NCBI GenBank assembly: GCA_964016885.1 | Contig: CAXHJY010000255.1 | Location: 1-64,000 of the forward strand | Source of the DNA: Eledone cirrhosa | Lineage: Eukaryota | DNA length: 64,000 nucleotides | Direction of reading: 5' to 3' | Shown here: positions 1 through 11,413 of the stretch, piece by piece | Layout: each line of letters begins with the position of its first letter | Numbering within the stretch: position 1 is the first letter of the stretch | Translations under genes and position numbers: made by a program | Notes under the pieces: model-generated | Told to the model about the DNA's origin: nothing | Seen by the model: the letters and a program-made list of their open reading frames with translations, nothing else | Database searches by the model: none

Positions 1-195
1 GAGTTGACATTGCACTCAGTGCTCCTTTGGGAGCCCCTACATGGACACACTAGAAGAGGAAGACTGAAGTTAATGTACGTTGATGCCCTAAGGACAGACA
101 CTGGACTGTTGGAGATGCAGGACATGGCAGCGATAATGAGGGACAGAGACCGCTGAGAGAACTCGTCCATGGATCTCGGGAATTTTACCCGCCCT

Positions 196-198
<3 letters not shown>
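1..198 (+). mobile_element. 3' end fragment of RTE/RTE-X clade LINE
   Basis: Frame +1 reads VLLWEPLHGHTRRGRLKLMYVDALRTDTG...MRDRDR*, a typical RTE-X C-terminus, followed by (TA)n. Confidence 0.7.
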
Positions 199-226
<28 letters not shown>

Positions 227-227
227 C

Positions 228-503
228 GATATTAAACAAATGGAAACTATATTTATAAAACCATATTTATTTCATTATACATATTTCAGGGATACCATAT
301 TAAAAATATGGCATGCCTTCTTCAGATAAAATACAATATATAAGCAGTTTTATAAATAAATTTGACGTACCATAAAATAATTGATCAACTCCATTTAAAA
401 AGTTGTTTATAATATTGTATATCTACTCCAAAACTTGTTGAGTGCTTTATATCAGTTATAAAATATTTACTCGTTGTAACCCAACAATTTTAAATAAAAC
501 TTT

Positions 504-506
<3 letters not shown>
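228..506. mobile_element. Penelope-like terminal fragment (family A), internally inverted, in (TA)n
   Basis: Homologous to 14649-14906, 44398-44810, 46758-47030 and 61098-61372; carries a hammerhead motif on the minus strand. Confidence 0.65.
268..333 (-). ncRNA. Minimal type I hammerhead ribozyme
   Basis: UAUUUUAU-CUGAAGA-AGG(C)AUGCCAUAUU..AAUAUGGUAU(C)CCU-GAAA-UAUGUA-UA-AUGAAAUA. Confidence 0.7.
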
Positions 507-564
<58 letters not shown>

Positions 565-668
565 TATATATAAACTTTAATCAATGAACAAAGACATTAA
601 TAATCGACCATAAGGTGTATATATGTGTGCGTGTGCAACATCAGTGTTTCACACTGATCTGTGTTTTA

Positions 669-715
<47 letters not shown>

Positions 716-810
716 GACACCCCCCCCCCCCTCCTCCTCCTCTCTCTCTCTCTTGATAAATATTTACAATAACTTGCTAGAATGAAGATACAGTTTCTGC
801 CACATTATTT

Positions 811-1205
811 GTCGGTGGATTGGCAGTATCGGTAGAGGGTCGGACGCCATGCTTTCCAGCATAGTTACGTCCCTTTACGATCTGAGTTCAAATCCCGCCG
901 AGGTTGACTTTGCCTTTCCTCCTTACGGGGTCGATAAAATAAAGTACCAGTAATGCACTGGATAATTGCTGGCCTTGTGCCTAAAGTAGAAACAATTATT
1001 TGTATATTTAAGGGCGGTGGATTGGCAGTATCGGTAGAGGGTCGGACGCCATGCTTTGACGCATAGAGTTACGGCCCTTGCCATTCTGAGTTCAAATCGC
1101 GCCGAGGTTGACTTTGCCTTTCATCCTTACGGGGTCGATAAAATAAAGTACCAGTAATGCACTGGGATAATTGCTGGCCTTGTGCCAATAGTAGAAACAA
1201 TTATT
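811..1205 (+). mobile_element. Two tandem tRNA-derived Meta-domain SINEs (octopus OK-like)
   Basis: A-box-like TGGCAGTATCGG, B-box GAGTTCAAATCC, Meta-like core GTTGACTTTGCCTTTCATCCTTACGGGGTCGATAAAATAAAGTACCAG, ATT-rich tail; many copies in window. Confidence 0.8.
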
Positions 1206-1306
1206 TGTTTATTTATTTAATCACTTTAAAGGTCTGTATAGAGCTAGTAAGCCATGACGGACTATATGAGGTGTCTAATGGCCCTTACAGTTAAGTAACA
1301 AAAACA

Positions 1307-1371
<65 letters not shown>

Positions 1372-1499
1372 CAAAGGTGGGGGGGTGAAAAACTAGGGCA
1401 GATATAAAGTAGCTAGAAAGTTCTGTTGTTGAATCTTTTTATAACCCTATATAGTGAAAGATCTTGTTAATAGTATCTTGAATCTTGGTAGATTTTTAA

Positions 1500-1707
1500 C
1501 CCTTTAATGTTCACACCAGCCAAAACCGGCCAGAATTCTCTACCTCTTTCTGTTGAAACTGGCTGTAACTGGTCGCTCAAACTGATGTTAAGGTATTGTT
1601 CTCAAAAATAAATACTTTCAAAATCTCATAGATTCGATATTATTTGAGATAATTATGCGAGGTAAAGCCTTTACCATGAAAATATAATAGTATATAATGC
1701 TAAAGGG
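1500..1707. mobile_element. piggyBac-type MITE
   Basis: TTAA|CCCTTTA ... TAAAGGG|TTAA termini with TTAA target duplication. Confidence 0.7.
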
Positions 1708-1808
1708 TTAAAGACCAGCTTCAAGATGTCTTTCAGACTGGCAATGTTTCCAGATTAGAACAAAAAGTGCCAAAGAGTTTCTAGAACAGATGTGATCCTA
1801 TAAGACCT

Positions 1809-2340
1809 CATCATCATCATCATCAGGTTTAGCGTCCGTGTTCCACGCTTGCATGGGTTTGGACGGGGGTTTTCCCACTTGAGGCAAGAGTGGTTGTCTT
1901 GCTCGCATAGGACTGTCTGGCGGGTTTTCTACAGCTGGATGCCCTTCCTAACACCAACCACATTTACAGTGTGGGGCTGGGAGGTTTTTACCGTGTTGCC
2001 TACACGGCCACATTACAGCGTGGACTGTCTGGCGGGTTTTCTACAGCTGGATGCCCTTCCTAACACCAACCACATTTACAGTGTGGGGCTGGGAGGTTTT
2101 TACCGTGTTGCCTACACGGCCACATTACAGCGTGGACTGTCTGGCGGGTTTTCTACAGCTGGATGCCCTTCCTAACACCAACCACATTTACAGTGTGGGG
2201 CTGGGAGGTTTTTACCGTGTTGCCTACACGGCCACATTTACAGCGTGGACTGTGTGTTTTTTTGTCGTGACACCTACACGATCTCATTTGTTTCGGCCTG
2301 GATGTTGTGGGACCAACATAACTGTACATTGAAAGGGGCG
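1809..2340 (-). mobile_element. RTE-tailed SINE/non-autonomous retroelement with 3 internal 112-bp tandem units
   Basis: (GAT)n tail and GGTTGGTGTTAGGAAGGGCATCCAGCTGTAGAAA motif; homologous to 8180-8489 and 25137-25900. Confidence 0.75.
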
Positions 2341-2574
2341 GTGTGGATGGGGTGGAGGTGGTGGGACGGGGGGGGTGTTTTGATAGAGATGCCTACTGAC
2401 TGTAGTAGGTTTTTACTTTGTATTTAGGTAAGGCGGGTCTTCTCTATTACTGAGATAGCTCAATGGTACATGACCCATTCAAAGCCAATATAGCATATTA
2501 ACATTATTGGAAGTTCTTATGTGACAACCTACTATAAATTACTGAAGAGACTTCTGACTAGAGCAAAGCACCAG

Positions 2575-4630
2575 ACTGATGGTGACCTGGTGGTGGAACA
2601 ACACAGTAGACAGAGACATTAAGGACACAAGACAGGCATGGAAAGACTGAGAAATGGGGGGGAGTAAAGATCAGTACCAGCCAATGTGAAGATCAAAGAT
2701 GTGACGTGTTCCACATTGCAAGGCAGTGTGTCAGTGTGAATCAGGATGTTGTTGGCGAAAAAGTGTGTTGTAGTCACACTGGTGTACTTAACACCACTGA
2801 TACTCAAAAGAAAAAGGACTTTAAATGTTACTATGAGTGGTTGATGAATGGAGAGAACGAACGGGAATAAAAGAGTCTACCTCCAACTGATGCAACAGAG
2901 AGACCAACTATCGAAATTGGTAGATGCAGGGTCAAAGAAGCAATTAAGCAAATGATAAATAGTAAAACTGCTGGACCGTCAGAGATAGTTGCCAAGATGC
3001 TGAAATTATCTGTGGAAATAGGAGCTGAACTAGTCACCCACATTGTCAATCAGGCAATACAGGACAGTGTCATCCAATGACTGGTGCAGCTGTATACCCA
3101 ATAATTGCTACAAGGGCAAATGTGGTGCCCTAGAAAGGAGCAGCTAGAGAAAAATAAAACTAATAGATCAAGTTATGACAGTGACAGAAAGAGTTATAGC
3201 ACAGCTAAGTAGGGAGCCGGTTAAATTAGATGAGATGCAGTTTCATGACAGGGAGAAGCACCACAGATGACCTCTTTCTAGTGAAACAACTACAAGAGAA
3301 GTTCCTAGCCAAGCATAAGCCTTTATATCTACCTTTGTTGATCTGGAGAAGGCCTTTGACAGAGTACCCTGGTGTTGAAGAATGGCTGGTGAGAGCAGTG
3401 CAAGCCATGTACAGAGGAGCTGTCAGTAAAAGGAGAGTAGGAAGTAAGTTTAATGAGGAATTCAAGGTATGGGTAGGAGTTCATCAAGGCCCAGTATTCA
3501 GCTCTGTCCTGTTTATTATTGTTCTCCAGCCCATAAACAGAAAAATTGGATGACAATCTGGTCCACATAAGTGAATTTGTGGAAGAACTAGAGAATAAGT
3601 TCCAGCTTTGGACACAAAACTTAGAATCAAAACAATAGAGTAAATTTAGCTAAAACAAAAATGTTAAGTAGGAAAGAAGATAGATCCCTGATCCGTTCAG
3701 GGAAGTGGCCTTGCTAGATATGCAGAAAAGGAGTAAGCATAAACTCTATACAATGAACACAATGTAAATCTTAGGTACACAAGAGACGTAGTGCAATAAC
3801 AGACAGGGAAGATTTTGTATGTAGAAGATGCACAGGGGTAATCAATAGGAAGAGGGTCACTGATATAAACCTTTTCCAATCACATGAGGGGTCCATAAAA
3901 GTAGTTGATAGACTCTACTTCCTAGAGGATCTAATCAGCAATGGAGGGGGTGGTTCTGAGAGTAATATAAGTAGAATAAGTTTAGGATGGAAGAAGTTTA
4001 GAAAGCTACTAACTCTGTTGGCAATAAAGGTGCCATAAAAGTAGTTGATAGCTTCTGTTACCTAGGTGACCTAATTAGCAGTGGAGGAGATTGTTTTGAG
4101 AGCATAGAAGCTAGAATAAGAACAGGATGGAATAAGTTTAAGGAGTGCTACCCCTGTTGACAACAAAAGATTTTTTCCTTACAAGAGAAAGGCTAGCTGT
4201 ATGACACCTGTGTATGATATTGTGTGGTAGTGAGACATGGGCAGTGACTGCAGAGGACATGCTTAGGCTGGAGAGAAATGAAGAGAATATGCTTCGTTGG
4301 ATGTGCAATATTAATGTGAGAGAACGACAAAGCATTGATAAGCTGCAAGAAAAGCTGGGTATAAGAAGAATCAGATGTAGTGTGCAGGAGAGGAGACTGC
4401 ACTGGTATAGACATGTGATGTGTTTGGATGATGATTGTTGGGTGAAGAAGTACCAAGTAATCCCAGTGGAAGGAAGTTACAGCAGAGGTAGACCAAGGGA
4501 GACATGGGAGGAGGTTGTGAGAGCTAATCCCAAATCACTGAAACTCACAGAGGAGATGGCCAAGGATCAAGTGGAGAGATGCTGTGCTGAAAAGAACCAA
4601 CCCATGTAAAAAGAGATGTAAAATGATGAT
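2575..4630 (+). mobile_element. Decayed RTE-clade LINE (RT and 3' end)
   Basis: LVKQLQEKFLAK, VGVHQG, GSETW, GRPRETW motifs; many stops and frameshifts; GAT tail. Confidence 0.85.
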
Positions 4631-4797
4631 TAATCAGAGTCTATGTTTTAAATACTGACAGATCTGGTTTAGACAATGCTGGTACTAGTCTGGTGGAAGA
4701 CTATTAAAATTCAATAATCTATGTAATCAATCCTGCAACACTTGAACACAAAACAAACACTTCACAAAAACAAACAGAGCTGAACAATTATTATACA

Positions 4798-7062
4798 CTA
4801 GCTGGCTCCTTGCGTAAAAAATGACGGGTAATTGTAATATCTATACATAATATAAAAAAAAGAGATGTTAGTTTGTTGGTTCCTTCGTGCTCACACACAC
4901 AAGTGATACAAGCACACAGCCAATGAGTGTAACCAATATGCTACACATACAAACACACAGCTGTGACAAATCTTAGAACGCTGGACTTCTATAGTTTATC
5001 ACCCCCTCCTTCCTCAGTCATCACATAGATGTGTGTGTATGTTATAATTATTTTTTCTAAGTGTGTCTCTTTATATATATATGTATGTGTAGATGCATGT
5101 GTTTGTAATTCTATTGTCTATATATCTTTCTAAATAAACACATATACACTCACACAAATATTATATATAAATATAATTTACACAAACACATATATACACA
5201 CACACAAACACTCACATAATCATAACAGCCAATGTGTGTAGCCAATTCGCTATACATATAGACACACAGGTGTAGCGAATGTTAGATGCTTTCCTCAGTC
5301 ATCTCTAGTGTGTGACGTCATCACCCCTTCCTTCCTCAGTCATCTCTAGTGTGTGACATCACCCCTTCCTTCCTCAGTCATCTCTAGTGTGTGACATCAC
5401 CCCTTCCTTCCTCAGTCATCTCTAGTGTGTGACATCATCACCCCTTCCTTCCTCAGTCATCTCTAGTGTGACGTCATCACCCCTTCCTTCCTCAGTCATC
5501 TCTAGTGTGTGACGTCATCACCCCTTCCTTCCTCAGTCATCTCTAGTGTGTGACATCACCCCTTCCTTCCTCAGTCATCTCTAGTGTTTGACGTCATCAC
5601 CCCTTCTTTCCTCAGTCATCTCTAGTGTGTGACATCACCCCTTCCTTCCTCAGTCATCTCTAGTGTGTGACGTCATCACCCCTTCCTCCCTCAGTCATCT
5701 CTAGTGTGTGACATCACCCCTTCCTTCCTCAGTCATCTCTAGTGTGTGACGTCATTACCCCTTCCTTCCTCAGTCATCTCTAGTGTGTGACGTCATCACC
5801 CCTTCCTTCCTCAGTCATCTCTAGTGTGTGACATCATCACCCCTTCCTTCCTCAGTCATCTCTAGTGTTTGACATCACCCCTTCCTTCCTCAGTCATCTC
5901 TAGTGTGTGACGTCATCACCCCTTCCTTCCTCAGTCATCTCTAGTGTGTGACATCACCCCTTCCTTCCTCAGTCATCTCTAGTGTGTGACGTCATCACCC
6001 CTTCCTTCCTCAGTCATCTCTAGTGTGTGACGTCATCACCCCTTCCTTCCTCAGTCATCTCTAGTGTGTGACATCATCACCCCTTCTTCCTCAATCATCT
6101 CTAGTGTGTGACGTCATCACCCCTTCCTTCCTCAGTCATCTCTAGTGTGTGACGTCATCACCCCTTCCTTCCTCAGTCATCTCTAGTGTGTGACATCACC
6201 CCTTCCTTCCTCAGTCATCTCTAGTGTTTGACGTCATCACCCCTTCTTTCCTCAGTCATCTCTAGTGTGTGACATCACCCCTTCCTTCCTCAGTCATCTC
6301 TAGTGTGTGACATCACCCCTTCCTTCCTCAGTCATCTCTAGTGTGTGACGTCATTACCCCTTCCTTCCTCAGTCATCTCTAGTGTGTGACGTCATCACCC
6401 CTTCCTTCCTCAGTCATCTCTAGTGTGTGACATCATCACCCCTTCCTTCCTCAGTCATCTCTAATGTGTGACGCCATCACCCCTTCCTTCCTCAGTCATC
6501 TCTAGTGTGTGACGTCATCACCCCTTCCTTCCTCAGTCATCTCTAGTGTGTGACATCATCACCCCTTCTTCCTCAATCATCTCTAGTGTGTGACGTCATC
6601 ACCCCTTCCTTCCTCAGTCATCTCTAGTGTTTGACATCACCCCTTCCTTCCTCAGTCATCTCTAGTGTGTGACGTCATCACCCCTTCCTTCCTCAGTCAT
6701 CTCTAGTGTGTGACGTCATCACCCTTTCCTTCCTCAGTCATCTCTAGTGTGTGACATCATCATCCCTTCCTTCCTCAATCATCTCTAGTGTGTGACGTCA
6801 TCACCCCTTCCTTCCTCAGTCATCTCTAGTGTTTGACATCACCCCTTCCTTCCTCAGTCATCTCTAGTGTGTGACATCACCCCTTCCTTCCAGTCATCTC
6901 TAGTGTTTGACATCATCACCCCTTCCTTCCTCAGTCATCTCTAGTGTGTGACGTCATCACCCCTTCCTTCCACAGTCATCTCTAGTGTGACGTCATCACC
7001 CCTTCCTTTCTCTATCTCTAGTGAGTGACAAACAAATACACATTGGCCTTTATATTAGTAGA
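4798..7062 (-). mobile_element. Non-autonomous Helitron carrying a minisatellite
   Basis: Minus strand A|TCTACTAATATAAA ... CCCGTCA hairpin remnant ... CTAG|T, inserted between A and T with no TSD. Confidence 0.7.
5290..7020. repeat. 38-41 bp minisatellite (~43 units)
   Basis: Unit ccccttccttcctcagtcatctctagtgtgtgacgtcatca and 3-nt shorter variants. Confidence 0.95.
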
Positions 7063-7208
7063 TTATTATAATCAACTTGAACCTGTAGGTCAGAGACGAA
7101 CAGTTGGGAGAGGGCACTCATTACTATGTAACCCCCTACTTTAATGTAACTTGTCTTACAGCCGATGCCCTTTGACAAACAAAAAATCATTATTATTATT
7201 ATTTGTGG

Positions 7209-7630
7209 AAGGGCGGTGGATTGGCAGTATCGGTAGAGGGTCGGACGCCATTATTTCCAGCATAGTTACGTCCCTTTACGATCTGAGTTCAAATCCCGCC
7301 GAGGTTGACTTTGCCTTTCATCCTTACGGGGTCGATAAAATAAAGTACCAGTAATGCACTGGGTAATTGCTGGCCTTGTGCCTAAAGAAGAAACAATTAT
7401 TATTATTTGTGGAAGGTGGTGGATTGGCAGTATCACTGGAGCATTACATACTTCACAGAATAGAGTTACGTCCCTTTACATTCTGATTTCAAATTGAGAT
7501 TAACTTTGCCTTTTATCCATATGGGGTCAATAAACTATAGTACTAGTAATGCACTGGGGTTGATTTAACAGATTCCCCCTCCCCCAAAATGATTGGCTTT
7601 GTGTCTAAAGTAGAAACAATTATTATTATT
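7209..7630 (+). mobile_element. Two Meta-domain SINE copies (second diverged)
   Basis: Same consensus as 811-1205. Confidence 0.75.
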
Positions 7631-7899
7631 GTTTGTGTTTTACCTCTTCCTTCGGTTATGTTTCCATTTCTTTCCAAGCGTCTTCCCAACACCTAGGGCA
7701 GGGTAATTCACTACATACATTGATAAGACGCAGAAATAAATATGCCAGATTGTTCATGTCACACACTTTACACAATTACAAGTACTAGCAGAAAAACCAC
7801 CGTTATGGTGGTTTCCTGCTAGCATGTGTAGTGTGTATATTGATATTATACGCAAGTATATATACATGTAGATATGATACATCAAATAAAATCGTAATT

Positions 7900-8088
7900 G
7901 ATAATTGTTTCTACTTTTGGCACAAGGCCAGCAATTACCCAGTACATTACTGGTACTTTATTTTATCGACCCCGTAAGGATGAAAGGCAAAGTTAACCTC
8001 GGCGGGATTTGAACTCAGAATGGCAAGGGCAGTAACTCTATGCGTCAAAGCATGGCGTCCAATTCTCTACCGATACTGCCAATTCACC
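7900..8088 (-). mobile_element. Meta-domain SINE with 16-bp TSD
   Basis: Flanked by AATCGTAATTGATAAT at 7890-7905 and 8089-8104. Confidence 0.85.
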
Positions 8089-8179
8089 AATCGTAATTGA
8101 TAATATACACAGAAATTGAACGAAAACTGCGTTACACTGTCTTATGTAATCAGTCTTATGTAATCAGTAATGTAACCCA

Positions 8180-8489
8180 CTATGTAAAGTTATGTTGGTG
8201 CCACACCATCCAGGCCGAAACAAATGAGATCGTGTAGGTGTCACGACAAAAAAACACACAGTCCACGCTGTAATGTGGCCGTGTAGGCAACACGGTAAAA
8301 ACCTCCCAGCCCCACACTGTAAATGTGGTTGGTGTTAGGAAGGGCATCCAGCTGTAGAAAACCTGCCAGACAGTCCTATGCGAGCAAGACAACCACTCTT
8401 GCCTCAAGTGGGAAAACCCCCGTCCAAACCCATGCAAGCGTGGAACACGGACGTTAAACGTTGATGATGATGATGATGATGATGATGAT
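8180..8489 (+). mobile_element. RTE-tailed SINE (single 112-bp unit form)
   Basis: Reverse complement of 1809-2340 with one internal unit; (GAT)n tail. Confidence 0.75.
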
Positions 8490-8979
8490 ATGACTGCTTA
8501 TTTAAGCGATCGCTAACCGGAAGTGTTGACATTTGAACATTTTAAAGAAGTGAATCTTTAAATAAGCAACAAAATTATTTATATTTAATCAAGAATAACG
8601 AAATTCAGTATATAAATTATGTAATATTCATTCATTATTTATTCAAATCCCGCCGAGGTTAACTTTGCCTTTCATCCTTACGGGGTCGATAAAATAAAGT
8701 ACCAGTAATGCGCTGGTTAATTGCTGGCCTTGTGCCAAAAGTAGAAAGAAACAATTATTTATTCAAAGTAATCCAACTTATTTTACAAACGGGATAAAAA
8801 ATATATTCTGGACGCAGTCCTGCACTCCTTACTTTATTATAGTTTAGATATCATTAGCTTTATACATACATATCTATATTATCTGTTCAGAATGATAATC
8901 AATCATATGAGAGTGATCAATTTACATAATTATTGAATATAATCTAATAAAGTTATATATATATATAAATTTCTGTGAT

Positions 8980-10227
8980 TGTGTCACAATACATAAAGAG
9001 AGAGGAGCAGTTTCACTACCTCATACTCCTCCTCTCTCTTTATATCTGCTGCCTGTGTCACAATACATAAAGAGAGAGGAGCAGTTTCACTACCTCATAC
9101 TACTCCCCTCTCTTTACGTCTGCTGCCTGTGTCACAATACATAAAGAGAGAGGAGCAGTTTCACTACCTCATACTACTCCTCTCTCTTTACGTCTGCTGC
9201 CTGTGTCACAATACATAAAGAGAGAGGAGCAGTTTCACTACCTCATACTACTCCTCTCTCTTTACGTCTGCTGCCTGTGTCACAATACATAAAGAGAGAG
9301 GAGCAGTTTCACTACCTCATACTACTCCTCTCTCTTTACGTCTGCTGCCGGTGTACAATACATAAAGAGAGAGGAGCAGTTTCACTACCTCATACTACTC
9401 CTCTCTCTTTATATCTGCTGCCTGTGTACAATACATAAAGAGAGAGGAGCAGTTTCACTACCTCATACTACTCCTCTCTTTATATCTGCTGCCTGTGTAC
9501 AACATGTTAAGAGAGAGGAGCAGTTTCACTACCTCATACTACTCCTCTCTCTTTACATCTGCTGCCTGTGTACAATACATAAAGAGAGAGGAGCAGTTTC
9601 ACTACCTCATACTACTCCTCTCTCTTTACGTCTGCTGCCGGTGTACAATACATAAAGAGAGAGGAGCAGTTTCACTACCTCATACTACTCCTCTCTCTTT
9701 ATATCTGCTGCCTGTGTACAATACATAAAGAGAGAGGAGCAGTTTCACTACCTCATACTACTCCTCTCTCTTTATATCTGCTGCCTGTGTACAACATGTT
9801 AAGAGAGAGGAGCAGTTTCACTACCTCATACTACTCCTCTCTCTTTATATCTGCTGCCTGTGTACAATACATAAAGAGAGAGGAGCAGTTTCACTACCTC
9901 ATACTACTCCTCTCTCTTTATATCTGCTACCTGTGTACAATACATAAAGAGAGAGGAGCAGTTTCACTACCTCATACTACTCCTCTCTCTTTATATCTGC
10001 TGCCTGTGTACAACATGTTAAGAGAGAGGAGCAGTTTCACTACCTCATACTACTCCTCTCTCTTTATATCTGCTGCCTGTGTACAATACATAAAGAGAGA
10101 GGAGCAGTTTCACTACCTCATACTACTCCTCTCTCTTTATATCTGCTGCCTGTGTACAATACATAAAGAGAGAGGAGCAGTTTCACTACCTCATACTACT
10201 CCCCTCTCTTTATATCTGCTGCCTGTG
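8980..10227. repeat. 73-bp hairpin-containing minisatellite (~17 units)
   Basis: Unit tgtgtacaatacataaagagagaggagcagtttcactacctcatactactcctctctctttatatctgctgcc. Confidence 0.95.
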
Positions 10228-10430
10228 TGAATGTATGTCTGTGTAAAAGGAAGGAAGGGGGTGGTGAAAAAAACCATAGCAAAATAGTGGTTGGCGTTCC
10301 GTTTGTTATGCTGTGTATGTCTGTGTGTTTGTGAAATTGTATGTGTGTGTGTGTGTGTGAATGTATGCCTGTGTGTGTGTATTTTTGTAAATGTGTCTGT
10401 GTTTGGGTGTTTATATTTATATACTCATAC

Positions 10431-10732
10431 ATGGCTTAGTGGTTAGAGCATTGGCCTTGCAATCGAAAGGTTGTGAGTTCAATTCTCAGACCGGGTGATG
10501 TGTTGTTTCCTTGAGCAAGACACTTTATTTCACATTGCTCCAGTTTACTCAGCTGTAGAAATGGGGTCCCTATCATTCCACTGCAAAGAGGTCGTGGAGG
10601 TGCCACGGCAAAAAAAAGCACCCAGCACTCACTGTAAATGAGGTTGGTGTTAGGAAGGGCATCCAGCTGTAGAAATCAAGCCAGAATCAGTTCCCGTCCC
10701 ACCCTTGCAAGCAGGGAAAAAGCGGACATAAA

Positions 10733-10770
<38 letters not shown>
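10431..10770 (+). mobile_element. tRNA-derived CORE-SINE with RTE 3' tail (octopus OR-like)
   Basis: A-box TGGCTTAGTGG, B-box GAGTTCAATTCTC, CORE-like CCTTGAGCAAGACACTT...CAGTTTACTCAGCTGTAGAAATG, tail CCCACCCTTGCAAGCAGGGAAAA(A)GCGGAC..(GAT)n. Confidence 0.85.
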
Positions 10771-10849
10771 ACACATACACACATATGCGTCAGTGTGTTG
10801 AAAATGATCTAAGGGTAAAAAAACCCTATACATGAATATCTTTCTCACA

Positions 10850-11310
10850 GTGATAGTGTTCTTCTCAATATGTGTGCTGTAGCAGTTAAAACAATTTTTT
10901 GCACTTCTTGCAGTATATGGTAAGACAAGGAAGGATCAGTTAAAAATAATTTTCTGTTTCATTTTTTGACCATTCCTAGTGCTCCTTCAATCACTGGTAT
11001 TGTAACCACCTTGAGATGCCACTTTTTTTCCATTTCAATTTCAATCTGCAAGTCTTTATACTTTCTGGGCTTGTCAAATTCTTTTGCCGCAACATTGTGA
11101 ACACATGGCATGTTCATATCAATCAATAAACAGAGGTTGTTATTCTGGTCTTTTACAATAATATCAGGTTTATTAGCTTTAATGATTTAGTCTGTATGTA
11201 CAGGAAAGTCCAAAAGAATTATTACTTTTTCTCCATCAGTTACATGGGTGATGCTTATACCAATTGTCAGCTGATTGTTATTACACTGTCACGTAGTGTA
11301 GATGAAAATT
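10850..11310 (-). mobile_element. R4/Dong-like LINE 3' fragment (restriction-like endonuclease)
   Basis: Minus-strand IKANKPDIIVKDQNNNLCLLIDM, KARKYKDL, IPVIEGALGMV, VQKIVLTATAHILRRTL. Confidence 0.7.
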
Positions 11311-11413
11311 CACCGGAGTATTTAGTCATCTGTCAAGTTACAACAAGGACCTCAGACAGATAATTATTTCCTTAAAATGTGTGCAGTACCTAGCAAAGCC
11401 ACCTTTTGTATGT

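Larger units (their letters stand above)
7785..8848 (-). mobile_element. Non-autonomous Helitron with nested SINEs
   Basis: Minus strand A|TCTAAACTATAATAAAG ... AAACCACCATAACGGTGGTTT hairpin ... CTAG|T. Confidence 0.6.

Noticed and set aside
10431-10500. tRNA genes (also at 15007, 18123, 45770-45837)
   Set aside because: These are SINE heads with Pol III boxes that continue into CORE domains; no intact cloverleaf.
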